Source: Podarcis pityusensis (lineage: Eukaryota). From it: 64,000 bases of DNA. Shown here piece by piece: positions 1 to 12,324 of this stretch (position 1 is its first letter; each line of letters opens with the position of its first letter). The DNA is taken from the NCBI GenBank assembly GCA_964106645.2, contig OZ067041.1; one strand, 5' to 3'. Under the pieces are notes generated by a model. It saw nothing but the letters and a program-made list of their open reading frames with translations. It did not search any database and was not told the DNA's origin. A program made the translations under genes and the position numbers.

Positions 1-1849
1 TTTTATTTTATTTTTTACATTGCTGGCCTTATGGTTGTTGCATTGATTTGTATATTTGAATATACCAACTTAAGAATCTTCCCAGCTGAAATGTGGAATA
101 CCAACAATAACCACCTTCATGGCAAACATGTGCGCTTCAACCAGATCTTATTATTTTTATGATAAATGGTTTGTACATAATACAAGTAGTGCTTGATTTT
201 TATACAGGTAAATGTTTGTGAGATATATTAAGGTAATATTAACAGTGAAGTATAAAGCCTCACTGCTTGTTCCAGTGCAAAACTGAGTGGAAAAAGATTT
301 ATTCAGATAAAACTAAATAGATTTAGTTTCAAAATATTACTTCGATATATGTTTTTATATATTTGTAGATTGCCCTGATAATTGAACTTCTTGTTTCCAA
401 AACACCTCAGAACACTGGAATATTTTTGGTGCTTTTCTTTGTGGTTTATTCTTGCATTCACTACCTCTCCCCATTTTTATTTTTATTTTGGTTTTAAGTC
501 TTAAGGGAAGGAAATGCAGAAATGCCTTAAAGCATGGTGACAGTGGGCAGAATCAAAGCATAACATCCAGTCCATTTCAGATGGATTAGAATTCAACTCA
601 CAGCACCATAAAGTAGGCAGACATTTTCAGTATTTAGGGACATTCCTACAGTGCTCTGAAAACCCAACATGATTTTTGCTGTGATTTCAGAAAAGCAGTA
701 CTGCTGCTAAGCAGAAACACATTTCTCCAGTATGAACAATTACTAAATGAATATTGCAAAATTCCCAATTATGATCAATTATACAACTTGCACTTTGGAT
801 TTATGTTATCACAGTCAGTACAATTTGATGCAGGTATACGCAGAAGGAAATCCTAGTTACTCAGCTGCAATCCTACATACACTTACCTGGAAATAAGCTC
901 CAATGGATGCAATAGGTCTTACTTTACTGAGTAAAGAAGGATTGATCTGAAAGTAAAAATTGTCCTCCCGTTATCTATGGAAAAGTAAGGTAAGCTACCT
1001 TAGAGTAGTCTCCCAATCTTGGTTCTCTTGCTATCCCCCGCCCCATCCCCACAACCAGAAAATGTTTAATAAGATTAAATGTTAAATGAGCCAGAAAAGG
1101 GGGGTGGAATTGTCAAAAATTTTATATTTATTTTTAAAAATCACTCATTTTCTTGAACTGAGGAAGCAATATATTATTTTGAGCAGATGGGATGAACTGA
1201 TATTGCTCATTGGTAACAAACTAACAAGCAAAATGAACTGACAAATCACAAGCTTATCAGGCAAAGAAGCTGTATCCCTCTTTGAATGGGAAAGGGTGAC
1301 ACCTGGTGGTTGAATTCTATCAAGTTCCCTATTATAAGAAGAGGCCATTGTCAAGTCCGGCAGTGGTAGCTGGGGAAATTCTACTTGCTACACAGAAGTA
1401 GCAAATTGGAATATTCAGTTGTTGTTTTGATAATGATTTTTCTTAGAAGAATAAAAGTGGATTCAAGCTGAAATGGGATGTCTGTTCCAACCTCTGCTCA
1501 ACGGCACTACTTACTTACTCTGTCTTTGAAAGAAACCACTTACTAATAAATCTTTCCAAAACTTATGCAGACGATCTATTTTAACAAACTCCAAATGCAC
1601 TTTTTACAGTCACTTGCATTTAGCTAATGGGGAGGGGGAGGCTTCCCTATCTCAGGTTCTCAAATCTAGGATTATCTTATGTATATAAGGACATCATGAG
1701 ATTCACAAGGCAACTACAAATTTAAGATATACTCTAGGATCTACTCCTGCCCCAAACTTACATTTGTAGATACCTAATTCACTCCTTCTCACATCCTAAA
1801 CAATTTCATAAAGGTGTCTCTCACCATCCTATTGCCAAATTACTGATTA

Positions 1850-2580
1850 ATTAATTAATTTCTATCCCAGCTTTTCTCCGGAAGGAGCCCAGGTGGCAAA
1901 CACATCCACAATTCAAAAACAACACTATCAAAATATTCCAAAAACTATTACAACTGAAAACATCTAAAAGCAAATTTCAATTAAAAACAGTATTTCATCC
2001 GGTACTCTTTAGTCACTAAATGCCTGGGTAAAGAGGAATGTTTTCAAATTACTTCTGAAAGTTAAAAGTAATGGAGACAGATGCACCTCACTAGAGAGGG
2101 CATTCCATAAACAGGGAACCTCCTGCCAACCTAGCTGTTCAAAAGCACGCGGGAAGGTAAATGGCGTTTCCGTGCGCTCTGGTTTCCGTCACAGTGTTCC
2201 GTTGCACCAGAAGTGGTTTAGTCATGCTGGCCAGATGACCCGGAAAGCTGTCCGTAGACAAACACCAGCTCCCTTGGCCTGAAAGCAAGATGAGCGCCAC
2301 AACCCTAGTCGCCTTTGACTGGATTTAACCGTCCAGGGGTCCTTTACCTTTACCTTAAACAGGGAACCACCACTGAAAAGGCCCTATCGCCAGTTAACCC
2401 CAACTGGGCAGCTCCTGGTAAGAGCATTACCATCAAGTCCTCACCAGCCAATTCTAGGGACCTAGATGGTTGATATTAGGGAAGGTGCTCTCTTAGGAAC
2501 TTGGGTCCCATTTATATGCTCTGTATGCTAATACTAACACCCTGGATGCCAGTAGTTCACTGGTAGCCAGTGCAGTGCTT
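1850..2580 (-). mobile_element. Degraded L2-like LINE 3' end, interrupted by a Sauria SINE
   Basis: L2-type motifs (gagagggcattcca...accactgaaaaggccct) continue across the SINE insertion; boundaries approximate. Confidence 0.55.
2121..2355 (+). mobile_element. 5'-truncated Sauria SINE with 13-bp TSD
   Basis: cctgccaacctagc...aggggtcctttacctttacctt tail; TSD taaacagggaacc at 2108-2120 and 2356-2368. Confidence 0.85.
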
Positions 2581-2734
2581 GCACAATGATAATCTTCTAC
2601 TATCTTTCTTATGCATGATTTACATTGCAAAATTTGTAAATCCTGAAATCACCTTGATAGAGTATTTCTATCACTTAACTCAATTTCTTGCACACTGAAA
2701 AGACTCCACTCTATAATTCCTGGAATACTTAGCT

Positions 2735-3540
2735 CTCCGATATCTTTGTAGCCTTTGACATCATTGACCATGGTGTCCTAGAGAAACTCGAGGGAGGCAC
2801 TGTAATGGGATGGTCCTGCTCTTACCTGTAGGGTCCTTACTAGAAAGCAAGCAATCGTAAATAACGTTCTCAGCAATATAGCTTTTAAGCCAAGAGTCCA
2901 TTATGTCTCACTATTCAACATATGAAATTGCTAAGAGCTGTTATCCAGAGACATTATGTTGGTGACATACAGTTCCATCTCTCCATTTCATCTGAATCAG
3001 GGAAGACTGCGAAGGTGCTGAACTGGTATCTGAAAGCAGTGATGGGCTAGGTGGGAGTCACAAAACTGAGAGGTGCTGTAGGTGAGCAGTTCCTGCGTCT
3101 GGAAACCTGGCTCTGGTCATGGGCTGCATTCCCCTTGAAGAAATTCGTATATTTGTAGCCTGGAAATACAGTACTCCTGGATTCGAATCTGTCACTGGAA
3201 TCTGTCTGTGGCTAAGAGTGTTTAAGACCAGCTTAGGCCAGTTTGCAAGCTCAAGTCATCCCTGGCCCAAGATAGCCTGGTCTCAGTTGCCTATGCTTTG
3301 GGACCCTCATGTCTGGACTACTGTAATGCACTGCTGTAATATTGGATGCTGGAGGCTGAAGCTAGTGCAGAATTTGGCTGCTGGGTTGGTCAGTGGGGCA
3401 GTTCAATGGCACCATGAACCACCAATCCAAGGTGTTAGTACTAGCATACCAAGGCAGATGTGGGTTGGGACTCTAAAGGAGTGCTTTCCCCAATATCAAT
3501 AATCTCGGGCCCTTGCCTTGCCACTTGTAGGGTAATATCT
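2735..3540 (+). mobile_element. Degraded L2 LINE reverse-transcriptase remnant
   Basis: gcctttgacatcattgaccatggt reads as an AFD(T)IDHG RT motif; further remnants resembling LDYCNAL and KLVQNLAA; many frameshifts. Confidence 0.6.
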
Positions 3541-3827
3541 GGTATACACTCAGACTTTCAGCACATTGCTCTAATTCTGAGCCCTAGTTCATTCAGTATG
3601 GTGCCCCTTAGCAACCATGGACAGATACTTCCCTTATGAAGTGGCTGCTCCACATCAATACCTGATTGCATGAATCCCAATGGACACAAATTATCTCTCC
3701 CCCAGAAGAAACATGTGTACACTCATCAATATAGAACAGCAACTTCATATGTGAATTGAACAACATGGGGGTGGGGAGAGTGATGCCCACAGCTTCACCA
3801 TGTAAGAAGAGAAGCACTGCTGCTTAC

Positions 3828-3963
3828 CTTTATGGCTAAACTTAAAATCACAACAGATGGACAATTTCCAACTGATGCTGGCAACACATGCATGGTTTTG
3901 CGGTTGGTTAAAAGAAATTTATGAAGAGCAGTGGCGACCTGCCCCAAGTCAGAAGGAATTATC
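3828..3963 (-). other. CGGBP1: CGGBP1 5' leader exon (conserved part); 5' boundary uncertain, may extend to a candidate acceptor at 4314
   Basis: Strong minus-strand donor AAG|GTAAGC at 3828/3827. The minus-strand sequence (ataattccttctgacttggggcaggtcgccactgctctt ... gattttaagtttagccataaag) resembles my recollection of the human CGGBP1 5' UTR. Position divergent from ZNF654 matches known synteny. A polypyrimidine acceptor (ctttttcttttttcag) lies at ~4330-4315. Confidence 0.65.
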
Positions 3964-6483
3964 CTAACATCATGCCCTATCCTCTGCTGCACATGAGCAT
4001 TTTCAATCTCTCTTGCTCATTTGCCAGAAGAGCTCAGAAGAAGTACTCAGTAGATCACTTCATCAGTTGCCTGTGCATGCCCTAAATGTGGTCACTCAAG
4101 GTCACTTAACACAGATTAACAATGCATCTACATCATGTTGTCATAAATACAGTGGCTACCAAGAATTATTTCACCTCTTTCAATGTCTGCTTATGAGTGG
4201 AGTGAGAATTTTAATCTGTGTGAGTACAAAACTGGGAAATTACTCTATATGAATTAATCTGGTGGGTGCGATTTTGTGCAGACATAATAGTCCAGATGTA
4301 ATAAGAATGGTGAACTGAAAAAAGAAAAAGCTGCAAATGGTAGGAGAACTTTATCTAATGAGGGACTACACTGGTTCCTGGGTTAAAGCAAATGTCATAG
4401 AATGTCCTCATTATTATTATCTGAGGCATCCATTCCCAGATTTAGCAAGTGCACATTTGTGGAACAGTTCCTCCTCATGTGTGCCTGGAAGCCATATTTT
4501 CTGATTTGAAAGCCCTGTCCCAACTCCTGGATATTTGAGGGAGCTTGTGGTTACTTAACAGCAAGGGCAAACTGTTGTTTGCTGTATGAATTTAGTCCAC
4601 ACATTCTGTGGCTGAACCATGTGTGATCAAGGTGTTTGTGCTATAATGATACCACAAAGCTGGGTATAAAGGTGTTTGTTTTTTGATGGTGGATACTGAT
4701 ACGAGTTGCAACTGGGCAGCAGCTATAGGATAAGTACCTATAAAAACTGAGAATCTCTTATCTATTCCTTGTTATTGTTGTTGGTTTTTTTGTTTTGCAC
4801 CATGGGAATGGCACAATATGCTTTTTTTTAACATTGTAATCTGTGAGCTACGATGAGGCAGTGTATTTTTGTGATTCTGGTAGAAATCACTTGGATCTAT
4901 ATCTTAAACTGCATTTTCCATAATGATGCTGCTGTAGTGTAGAGCATTAGGTGAACTATTTCTTATGCTGTACTCTCAGTTATGCCTTGATGATGGATGG
5001 GACAGTGCAGGTGTGAAGAGTGTTTGAATTTAAGCCAAAGAGCAATCTTGTCTCAGACGTGCAACCATGCCCTGGACCTGTATTTTTGTGCCACAGCTTT
5101 GTCATAAAATGCTAGATTTTCATGTGTGCATGTGTGGGAGAGGGTTCCTTTAATTGTACAGCCTGTCAGTATAGGAGTGAACTATAATAAATGCTGGGTT
5201 TTACAGATCCAGCTGTAAAAATAGTATAGATTCATGAGAATCCATATGTGAGATTTCTATTTCTAAAACATGAAGTGCTGGAGATATTATTTCATGGCAT
5301 AATCTTGGGTCAAAAGGTTGAGCTGTCACCAGATTCATTTGGGTGTTCATCTGTAATAATAGCCATAATTTTGAAATTTAAAATATTATGGTCCTCTTCG
5401 CACCAACTGGTAAATACTATGAAAGGGTTAGTGAAAGAATCAGCTTTTCAGGTAAAATACAATTCACACATTTTCCTATTATCAATATTGTTATGAGAAC
5501 TAGATTAAAACAAAATGCACAGAATCTAGGCCAGACAATGCCTTAACGATTGTGAAAAGCCTGGAACCATAATAGTACTGAAGTCTCCAAGATAAGCCAA
5601 AACTAAGTGGACATCAATAAAACTGAAAGCTGCCCTGGGGAAAAAACTATAATCCAGACTAACGTATCTCACAGAGACTGTGCAAGAACAAATGAGCTCT
5701 CAGGAGGCAAAATATAGTATACATAGTGCAGAAGCCCCACTAAGTTCCCTACACCTTAACTCCCAGAGAAGTGTATATCGGATTACAGCTTTACAGTTCA
5801 AATTTAGGCATGTTACTGTTTACTTTGAAGTAATTTTACTTTGAAGTAATTCAACTACGCTCAACAGGGCTTACTCCAGGCATTAGTACTATAGGCATAG
5901 GACACTAGCACCTGAATCATGAAACCAGTCAGTGGGCAAGGACCTCATGCAAACGTTTCCAGAACTGGACCCATCAATAAACGCTCCATTATGATACCTC
6001 ACCAGGAACATGTTTTTTTGTTCTTCAGTGAATTTTACGCTACTACAGTGCCAAACTCTTTCTCAGTGGCTCTTTAGAGGTTCCCACATTATATTTCCCT
6101 GTGCAGATTTTTCTTCATCAGATACAACATTTATGTTCCACAATGGCTTCGTCTTAACGAGGAGCCCCAACGTGTGCCCCCCAACACACCTCCTTCCTGG
6201 CTCCCCCCCTTTACTCGCCGCTTCCAAATCTCAGGGGTTCTTTTTCCCTCGACAGAATTTCCTGCGCCCCCTGACCCGCCATTTCCCAACACCCCCCATC
6301 TTAGCCACCCCTTTCTCCATACAACCCAATGCTATGTCTCCCCACCCAGATGGGGAGGGGGAACCATTTCCCTCCCCCCCCCCGCCGCCCAACCTCCTTC
6401 TTACAGCTCTTGACAGCCGCCTGTTCTGTCCCCGGGGGGGGGGGGGTCCGGGGCTCAGCTTCGACCTGCTGCTCCGCGCTCAC

Positions 6484-6760
6484 CTTCCAGGTCCCGCGAC
6501 AGCGCGGAGCAGACTTGGCGGAGCCGCCTACCAGACAGATAGACAGACTGGAGGAGGAGGGAGGGGGGCGGTGAGGGCGGTTGCACAGAGTTGCTTCCTC
6601 TCTCCGGCTCAGCCCAAGCGGGGCGGGACTTACCCCCCCAGCAACACCGCCGCCAATCACGGCGTCGGAAAAAGGGAGAAAGCCCATGCGAGAGGAGGGA
6701 GGAGCGAACGGCGTTCCCTGCGCCTCGCGACGAAGAGAGTGGCAGGGGCTCGCGCCAGTC
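6484..6760 (-). other. CGGBP1: Probable alternative first (non-coding) exons of CGGBP1
   Basis: Two minus-strand donors inside the CpG island: GAAG|GTGAGC at 6484/6483 and GGG|GTAAGT at 6634/6633. Head-to-head arrangement with ZNF654 as in mammals. TSS not defined by sequence. Confidence 0.5.
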
Positions 6761-7203
6761 GCTGAGGAGAGGAGGCGGAAGTCGAGGGTGGAGGCCGCGG
6801 CCCACTCACAAGGGAGGAGGCGGAGATTGTTTACTTTGAAGGATGAAATACGGGCCCAATCGCCGAGGGCGTAGGAGGAGCTTAGGAGGGGGGAGGGGGT
6901 TGATCGATAGGGCCTCACGCCAATCAGAATGTGGGTCTGAAAGTTCAGCCGCGGATAGGGAGGTGCGTTTCCCAATCAGGAGCCGGAGAGCCGGAGCTGT
7001 GCCGAAATTAAACGGCCGGAGGGTCGGAGGTTGCGGGGGCCCGTGGCGGCTGATTGGCAAGCGAGCTCGCCAGTAAGGACGGCCCGTGGGGGGTGGTGCC
7101 GGAATTGAGGAACGCCGCGACAGGGGGCGGGCCATCCGGCGGATCGGGAGCACAGGGGAGGGGAGCTGGAGGAGCTCGGTACGCGCAGGGCGGCCGGAGC
7201 AGC

Positions 7204-7335
7204 ATGGCGGAAGACGAGAGCGATCAGGAGTCAGAGAGGCTCGGCGAGGAACTGGAGGCCATTGCCGGGCCGCGGCTTCCCACCGGCTTGTCCCCGGCCT
7301 TGAGCAGCCAGTATTATTGCTACCGCTTCTGCCAG
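7204..7335 (+). CDS. ZNF654: ZNF654 exon 1 (MAEDESDQESERLGEELEAI...YYCYRFCQ)
   Basis: agcATGG start; donor CAG|GTGAGG; 132 nt, phase 0. Confidence 0.93.
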
Positions 7336-8045
7336 GTGAGGCGCTGGCCCCGCCCCCTGGAGGCTGACACCTTGCGGGGTGGGGGTGGGCTGGGGAGGCG
7401 GACAGAAGGACAGGGGCGGCCGGGGAGGAAAAGCTGCTCGGCGTCGGGTCCCCTGCGGGTGGTTCTCTTGGAGGCGCTTCGCGGGGGCGGACCAACCGCC
7501 GGAGGGGGCGACGCTGAGGGCCCCTTTCTCGGCCAAAGCGAGGCGCCGTTCTCCGGGCCCCTGTTCGCTCCCCCCACCCCTCACGGGCGACGACCGGGCG
7601 CTTGGGAAGCTCCTTCATTTTCTCTCCCATTCCTCTAGTCTCCCCTCAGGTCAGTTTCTCCCCTCGGGAATAGCGAGGTTCACGGGCTCGTGGTTGGCCC
7701 TCCCTTCTTTTATTGTGAGAGGGAACAGTGATTTGTGTGGGGTGTCAACAGTGGAGCTCGGCCTGACCTTTTCATTCCCCCCCCCTCCCTTCCCGGCGCT
7801 GTCGCGGTGGGGGTGCTGGGGAGGAGGGAGGGAGGGAGGGAGGGGGCTTCTCTCCCCGCCCTCTCCGCCCGCCGGTCGGGCAGTTAGTTAGTTGCCAGGG
7901 TGGCGCGCGGGGGTCCCCGTGAGGTCAGGGCTTGGCGGAGGGGGTGCGAGTTGTTTGCAAGTGGTGAGGCAAAAAGGAGCAGGAGGAGACAGATAGGTTT
8001 GTTCTCCTCCGGGGAAAGTCTTTCCTGGCCTGTCCTTCCTATCTT

Positions 8046-8046
<1 letters not shown>

Positions 8047-8085
<39 letters not shown>
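8047..8085. repeat. (AAT)n microsatellite
   Basis: About 13 units, seen directly. Confidence 0.95.
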
Positions 8086-11000
8086 GGCTTCCTTGCCACG
8101 GGAGAAAAAAAAAATGCGGTCCGAGGAAAATGGTTGGTGGCAAACTAGTTTGCGTTGCTGGTGCTGTTTGTTAGGAGAGGTAGCTGTCTCTGAAGGCTTT
8201 TGTTCCCTGGGGAAGAGGAAGAAGAGGAGGACCATGGTTGGTTGAATGGTCTTGTTTTATTAAACAACTGCTTGGTTCGTATTATTTGAAACATCGCTCG
8301 GCTGCTATTTCTACAAGGTATCTTATGACACAAACAGCGCTGTGCAGTGCGTGCTTGAGGTGACGTTCACCCTATTTAGCGAAACTTACTTGCAGGTGTG
8401 TATGCTCATTGGAATCAATCAGGTTTTTTTTTCCTCCTGGAGTCAATTGTTCTAATGAATTATTTGCTTAATTTTGAAACACTTGCTGTTCAACTATTTA
8501 CCAGGTTTGGAACATTTTTAAAGCAGTTTCAAGAGCCTAAAGATGATAAATGACAGCTAAATGTCATTGCTACATTGTTTGCATTTTTGTAGGTTGCTTG
8601 TATATAAGGCAACAGCGATTCAAAATTGACTGGATGGCAAAGTATTGACTTGGTGGCCAAATAAAAAACAATTTTTGCTATTCTTATTTTGTATTTAAAT
8701 TATTTGGGATGGATTCCTGTTACCCGCTTACCTGGAAGTAAGTGAACTCATTGAGTTTTAATTCTGACTAGACATGTTCATATTGGGTTGTTAATGCAAA
8801 GGTAATCAGAAGATAGTTTTTATTTCACGCTGGCCATGCATTTTATATAAATAGTATATCAAATGCTTGACTAATAGATTATTGTAAACACCATAGCTTT
8901 GTAACCTGTGTTAGGCACTTTTGATTGTGGTGTAGTGACAAGAACAGGCAGAAGCTCACAACTGTAACTATATGCTAGGTGCTTCTCTCCCCTTCCCTAA
9001 TAGCATGCAGACGGGGAAAAAATGCCAGTGTATAAAATGCTATGCTTTGGAGTAAGACTGCTGATAGAAACTAACTTGCAAATCTTTAGCTAGCTACATC
9101 TTGTGTGCTGATACCCTTTAAAGAATCCTTTCTGTAATCCTTTCTTCGTAGCTTTTGATTTTTAAAAACTAGATTTAATAGGACTGTGAATGGCCCAGTA
9201 TTTGTTTCTCTCTCATTCCCCATTCTTTCAAACACATAGATTGTATGCACTGAGAGTTCATCTATTCCACACGTACAGTGCTATGTTAGTTGGTGAAAAA
9301 TCTGGCTGGCATGGTAAAACTTGCAGTTTTAAACAGTCTTCATTGATAAACATTTAGACTTCCAAATCAGTGTGTTTAGGGCTGGAATGGAAATCTACTT
9401 AACCTGCCTTTCTATTTTTTATTGGCTTCATATCCTCCATTTTCTGTTTAAACCAGGCAGTGTTGTGCCTTTCCACTGTCACTGTTTCCTTGGCTCTTTT
9501 CTCATACAAGATCTGTCTTGTCTTGTAAGGTGTATTTTTCTCTGTCTCTGGTGTGAAGAGGCTTAGGTATGGAAGGCCTTGCTAGCTGCTTCGGCCAGGC
9601 AGTGTTGCAAACTCGCTTGTGCACTCATTGTGTACAACCCTGTGAATATGTTCCTGACTGGTGTAGAGTAGTTTTAAAATGATATACAAAGTTACTGAAT
9701 TATTACTATAAATTTCCACAATTGGATGCTCAGGGTAAAGTAGTTGGTATAAAATGACAATTTTAATAAATTCCAATAACACATACATTGCTGTGTGCTT
9801 GATATGGAAAAGTGTGTGGCTATTAATTTGCGTGAGTCTGACTGTCATATATATGTATTGACAAGCAGTACCTTGCAGTCAAGTTTTTTTATATAAAAAA
9901 AACCTTAAGAAAAATGATGCCTTAAACTGGAAGAAGGAGACAGTGTTATTACAAGAAAGCAATAGTGAAACAGAGCTAAAGGAAGCTGTGCTTTTTCATG
10001 GCTACAATTCCTATTTCTTATCAAATGGGACTGGAGGATTTAGTTGTCATAACTAGCTTATGCGTAAGCAACGGGTGTTCCTAACTTTGACATTGATTTT
10101 GCAATTTGATGTTGAGTAACACACCTGTTCAGTTAGTAATGTTTGTAGGTAGAGGATATGCATAACACATTTCAGGATCCAAGTTTGGAGCTGGTTTTTA
10201 GTCTTTGGGCATTTTAGTTTACATGAACATAATCTGATTAATATTATTCTACTAAAATATTTCCTTGATGGTAAGTACTTTATGGCAGGTGCTCATTTAC
10301 CTTGCAAGCTCTGAGTTCTGAAATTTGAGATAGGCCTTTATAGAAACAGTGAACTTAGCTGCTACTTACAGGATTTCTTATTTTCATCAACTACTCCCTT
10401 TGGCTAGAGCTGACTATATTTTTGCAGCATCTTAGCAATACTATCCTGTTTTCATATACAAGATTCTGGCTGGAATCCTGTGCATACTTATCAACAAGCA
10501 AGTCCTACTGAACACAGTGGGATTTGGTAGAATTGCACTGTTTGTCTCATTTCTCAGTAGATGCTGAGTCTTTTAAATAACTTCTGAAGACCAAGAGTTA
10601 AAAGGGCATTTTAAACAGCTTTGTGTTTAATAACTCACCAGGAAGGTGTGTATGTAATTTTGTTCCCCCTCAGCCAGTCTTATTTGGTTTCCGTGTTGTC
10701 TGAGGAGAAAAAGAAGTCTTTCAACTAGCATAACTGATAAAAAGCTAGTTAGTATCTTGTGTTCCCGTGCTGATCATAGAGAAAGGGGCTTCCCTTGCTC
10801 TGCAGCTATCATGGGACCAGGCTACTGGCTTCTTCCTGTGTTCTTTGACTTTTAAATAGTGCTACAATGTGTTCTTTGCTTTCATAGTGAAAGGTGCATT
10901 CATGATTGTTAAACTTGTAAATCATAAAACAAGTAGTTCTGCAGATGTTGCTGGACTACAGATCCTACCATCCCTATTGGCCATTCCAGCTCGGGTTTGT

Positions 11001-11624
11001 AGGATTTGGATTCCAGCCACATCTGGAAGCCCACACGTTCCCCATCTTGGCTGTAAACATTTCTCCTACTTCTTCATACATTGTTTAACTGGCTGATAAT
11101 CTGTAAGAGCATAACTTTAATATCTTTGCTCTTGCTTATAGTTGTTGGTTCAAAATACCTTGTATTTTTACATTTTCTCCATAGCATATAATTATGTGTA
11201 TATGCAATAGAGTAACTTTGAATTGCAAATTTTATCTCATAGTAAATCTAGCCTATTCTAGACTGAGTGAGGAAATATATAAGAGAAAACATTAAGCTTT
11301 TTTAAAATAGTATACTATGCTAGAAATGTCACAGGGTAGCCTTCAGCTCTTTACAGGCAGGTAAACCTCTGTGACCAAAGGACTACTTCAAGATGTGCAG
11401 TTGAAGTGTAAGCTGGTTTTGGGTGCTGATCTTTAGATAATGTGCTACAAGTAAAACAGCTAGTTATTTAACATCTAGACCTTCTTGGCTGCGAGTCCTA
11501 GAAAACCTGCTCTCTGCCTTGCAGGCCTTTTCCCACCTAGCCTGGGAGGGCAGGGCTCTGACTGACTCCAGCTGCAAAGGTTGAGGCTGCTAAGCAGACT
11601 CTTGGGTTAGGGTGTTGTTTAGGG

Positions 11625-11760
11625 CAGGCATGGCCAAACTTGACCCTCCAGATGTTTTGGGACTACAGTCCCCATCATCCCTGACCACTGGTTCAGTTAG
11701 CTAGGGATGATGGGAGTTGTTGTCCCAAAACATCTGGAGGGCCAAGTTTGGCCATGCCTG
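11625..11760. mobile_element. 136-bp palindromic hAT MITE
   Basis: TIR caggcatggccaaact / agtttggccatgcctg; 8-bp TSD gtttaggg at 11617 and 11761. Confidence 0.9.
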
Positions 11761-11979
11761 GTTTAGGGGTTTTGTTGGGGGTGGGGTTGTTGCAGTTTTT
11801 AATATATTTTTTGTACCTTATTTTAGATCATATTATGATTTATGTGGAAATTGTTTAATCTGATTGTGTACTTTTTATGTTTTTTATGTTGTAAGTTGTC
11901 ATGAGCATGGTTTTAACTTTGGAAAGGCAGCATACAAATAAAATTATGTATATATGTATCTGATGCCAGCTGACTTATA

Positions 11980-12221
11980 CAATGGAACCTCATATTACGT
12001 ACTGCCCTCCTTACGAATGCTTCGGGTTACGAGCTCCACTGACCCGGAAGTAGATGCTCCTGGTTATGAACTTTGCCCCAGGATGCAAGCGGAAGTCGCA
12101 CGCTGGCGGCGCAGTAGCAGCAGGAAGTGCCATTAGTGAAAGTGCGCCTCATGTTAAGAATGGTTTTGGGTTGCAAACGGACCTCCGGAACGGATTAAGT
12201 TTGTAACCAGACGTGCCACTG
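11980..12221. mobile_element. Tc1/pogo(Tigger)-like MITE
   Basis: TA-flanked, caatgg...ccactg termini; homologous to the 14470 family. Confidence 0.75.
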
Positions 12222-12324
12222 TACCTGGTAGGTTGCTACCTGTTATCATGAAATCATCTCTCTTCTAGCCGAATTCCTAAGTGATATTGGTGGGGGTAAC
12301 AAGTGTCATTTCAACCATTCCCAT

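Larger units (their letters stand above)
6300..7980. promoter_or_regulatory. CpG-island bidirectional promoter, CGGBP1(-)/ZNF654(+)
   Basis: Very GC/CpG-rich. CCAAT boxes at 6653, 6856, 6920, 6972 and reverse ATTGG at 7053. ETS/GABP-type CGGAAGT at 6776-6782. GC box GGGGCGGG at ~6620. No clear TATA box. Confidence 0.85.

Noticed and set aside
5945-5989. Minus-strand ATG GAG CGT (MER...) resembling the CGGBP1 N-terminus
   Set aside because: Stops after 14 codons, has no further similarity and lies upstream of the leader exon.
7054-7203. In-frame TTG-initiated N-terminal extension of ZNF654
   Set aside because: Overlaps promoter CCAAT elements; an open frame is expected in GC-rich DNA; the known N-terminus starts at 7204.
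6010-8333. Many long overlapping ORFs (up to 274 aa) on both strands of the first CpG island
   Set aside because: Low-complexity Pro/Gly/Arg translations expected from stop-poor GC-rich DNA; only 7204-7335 has homology and splice support.
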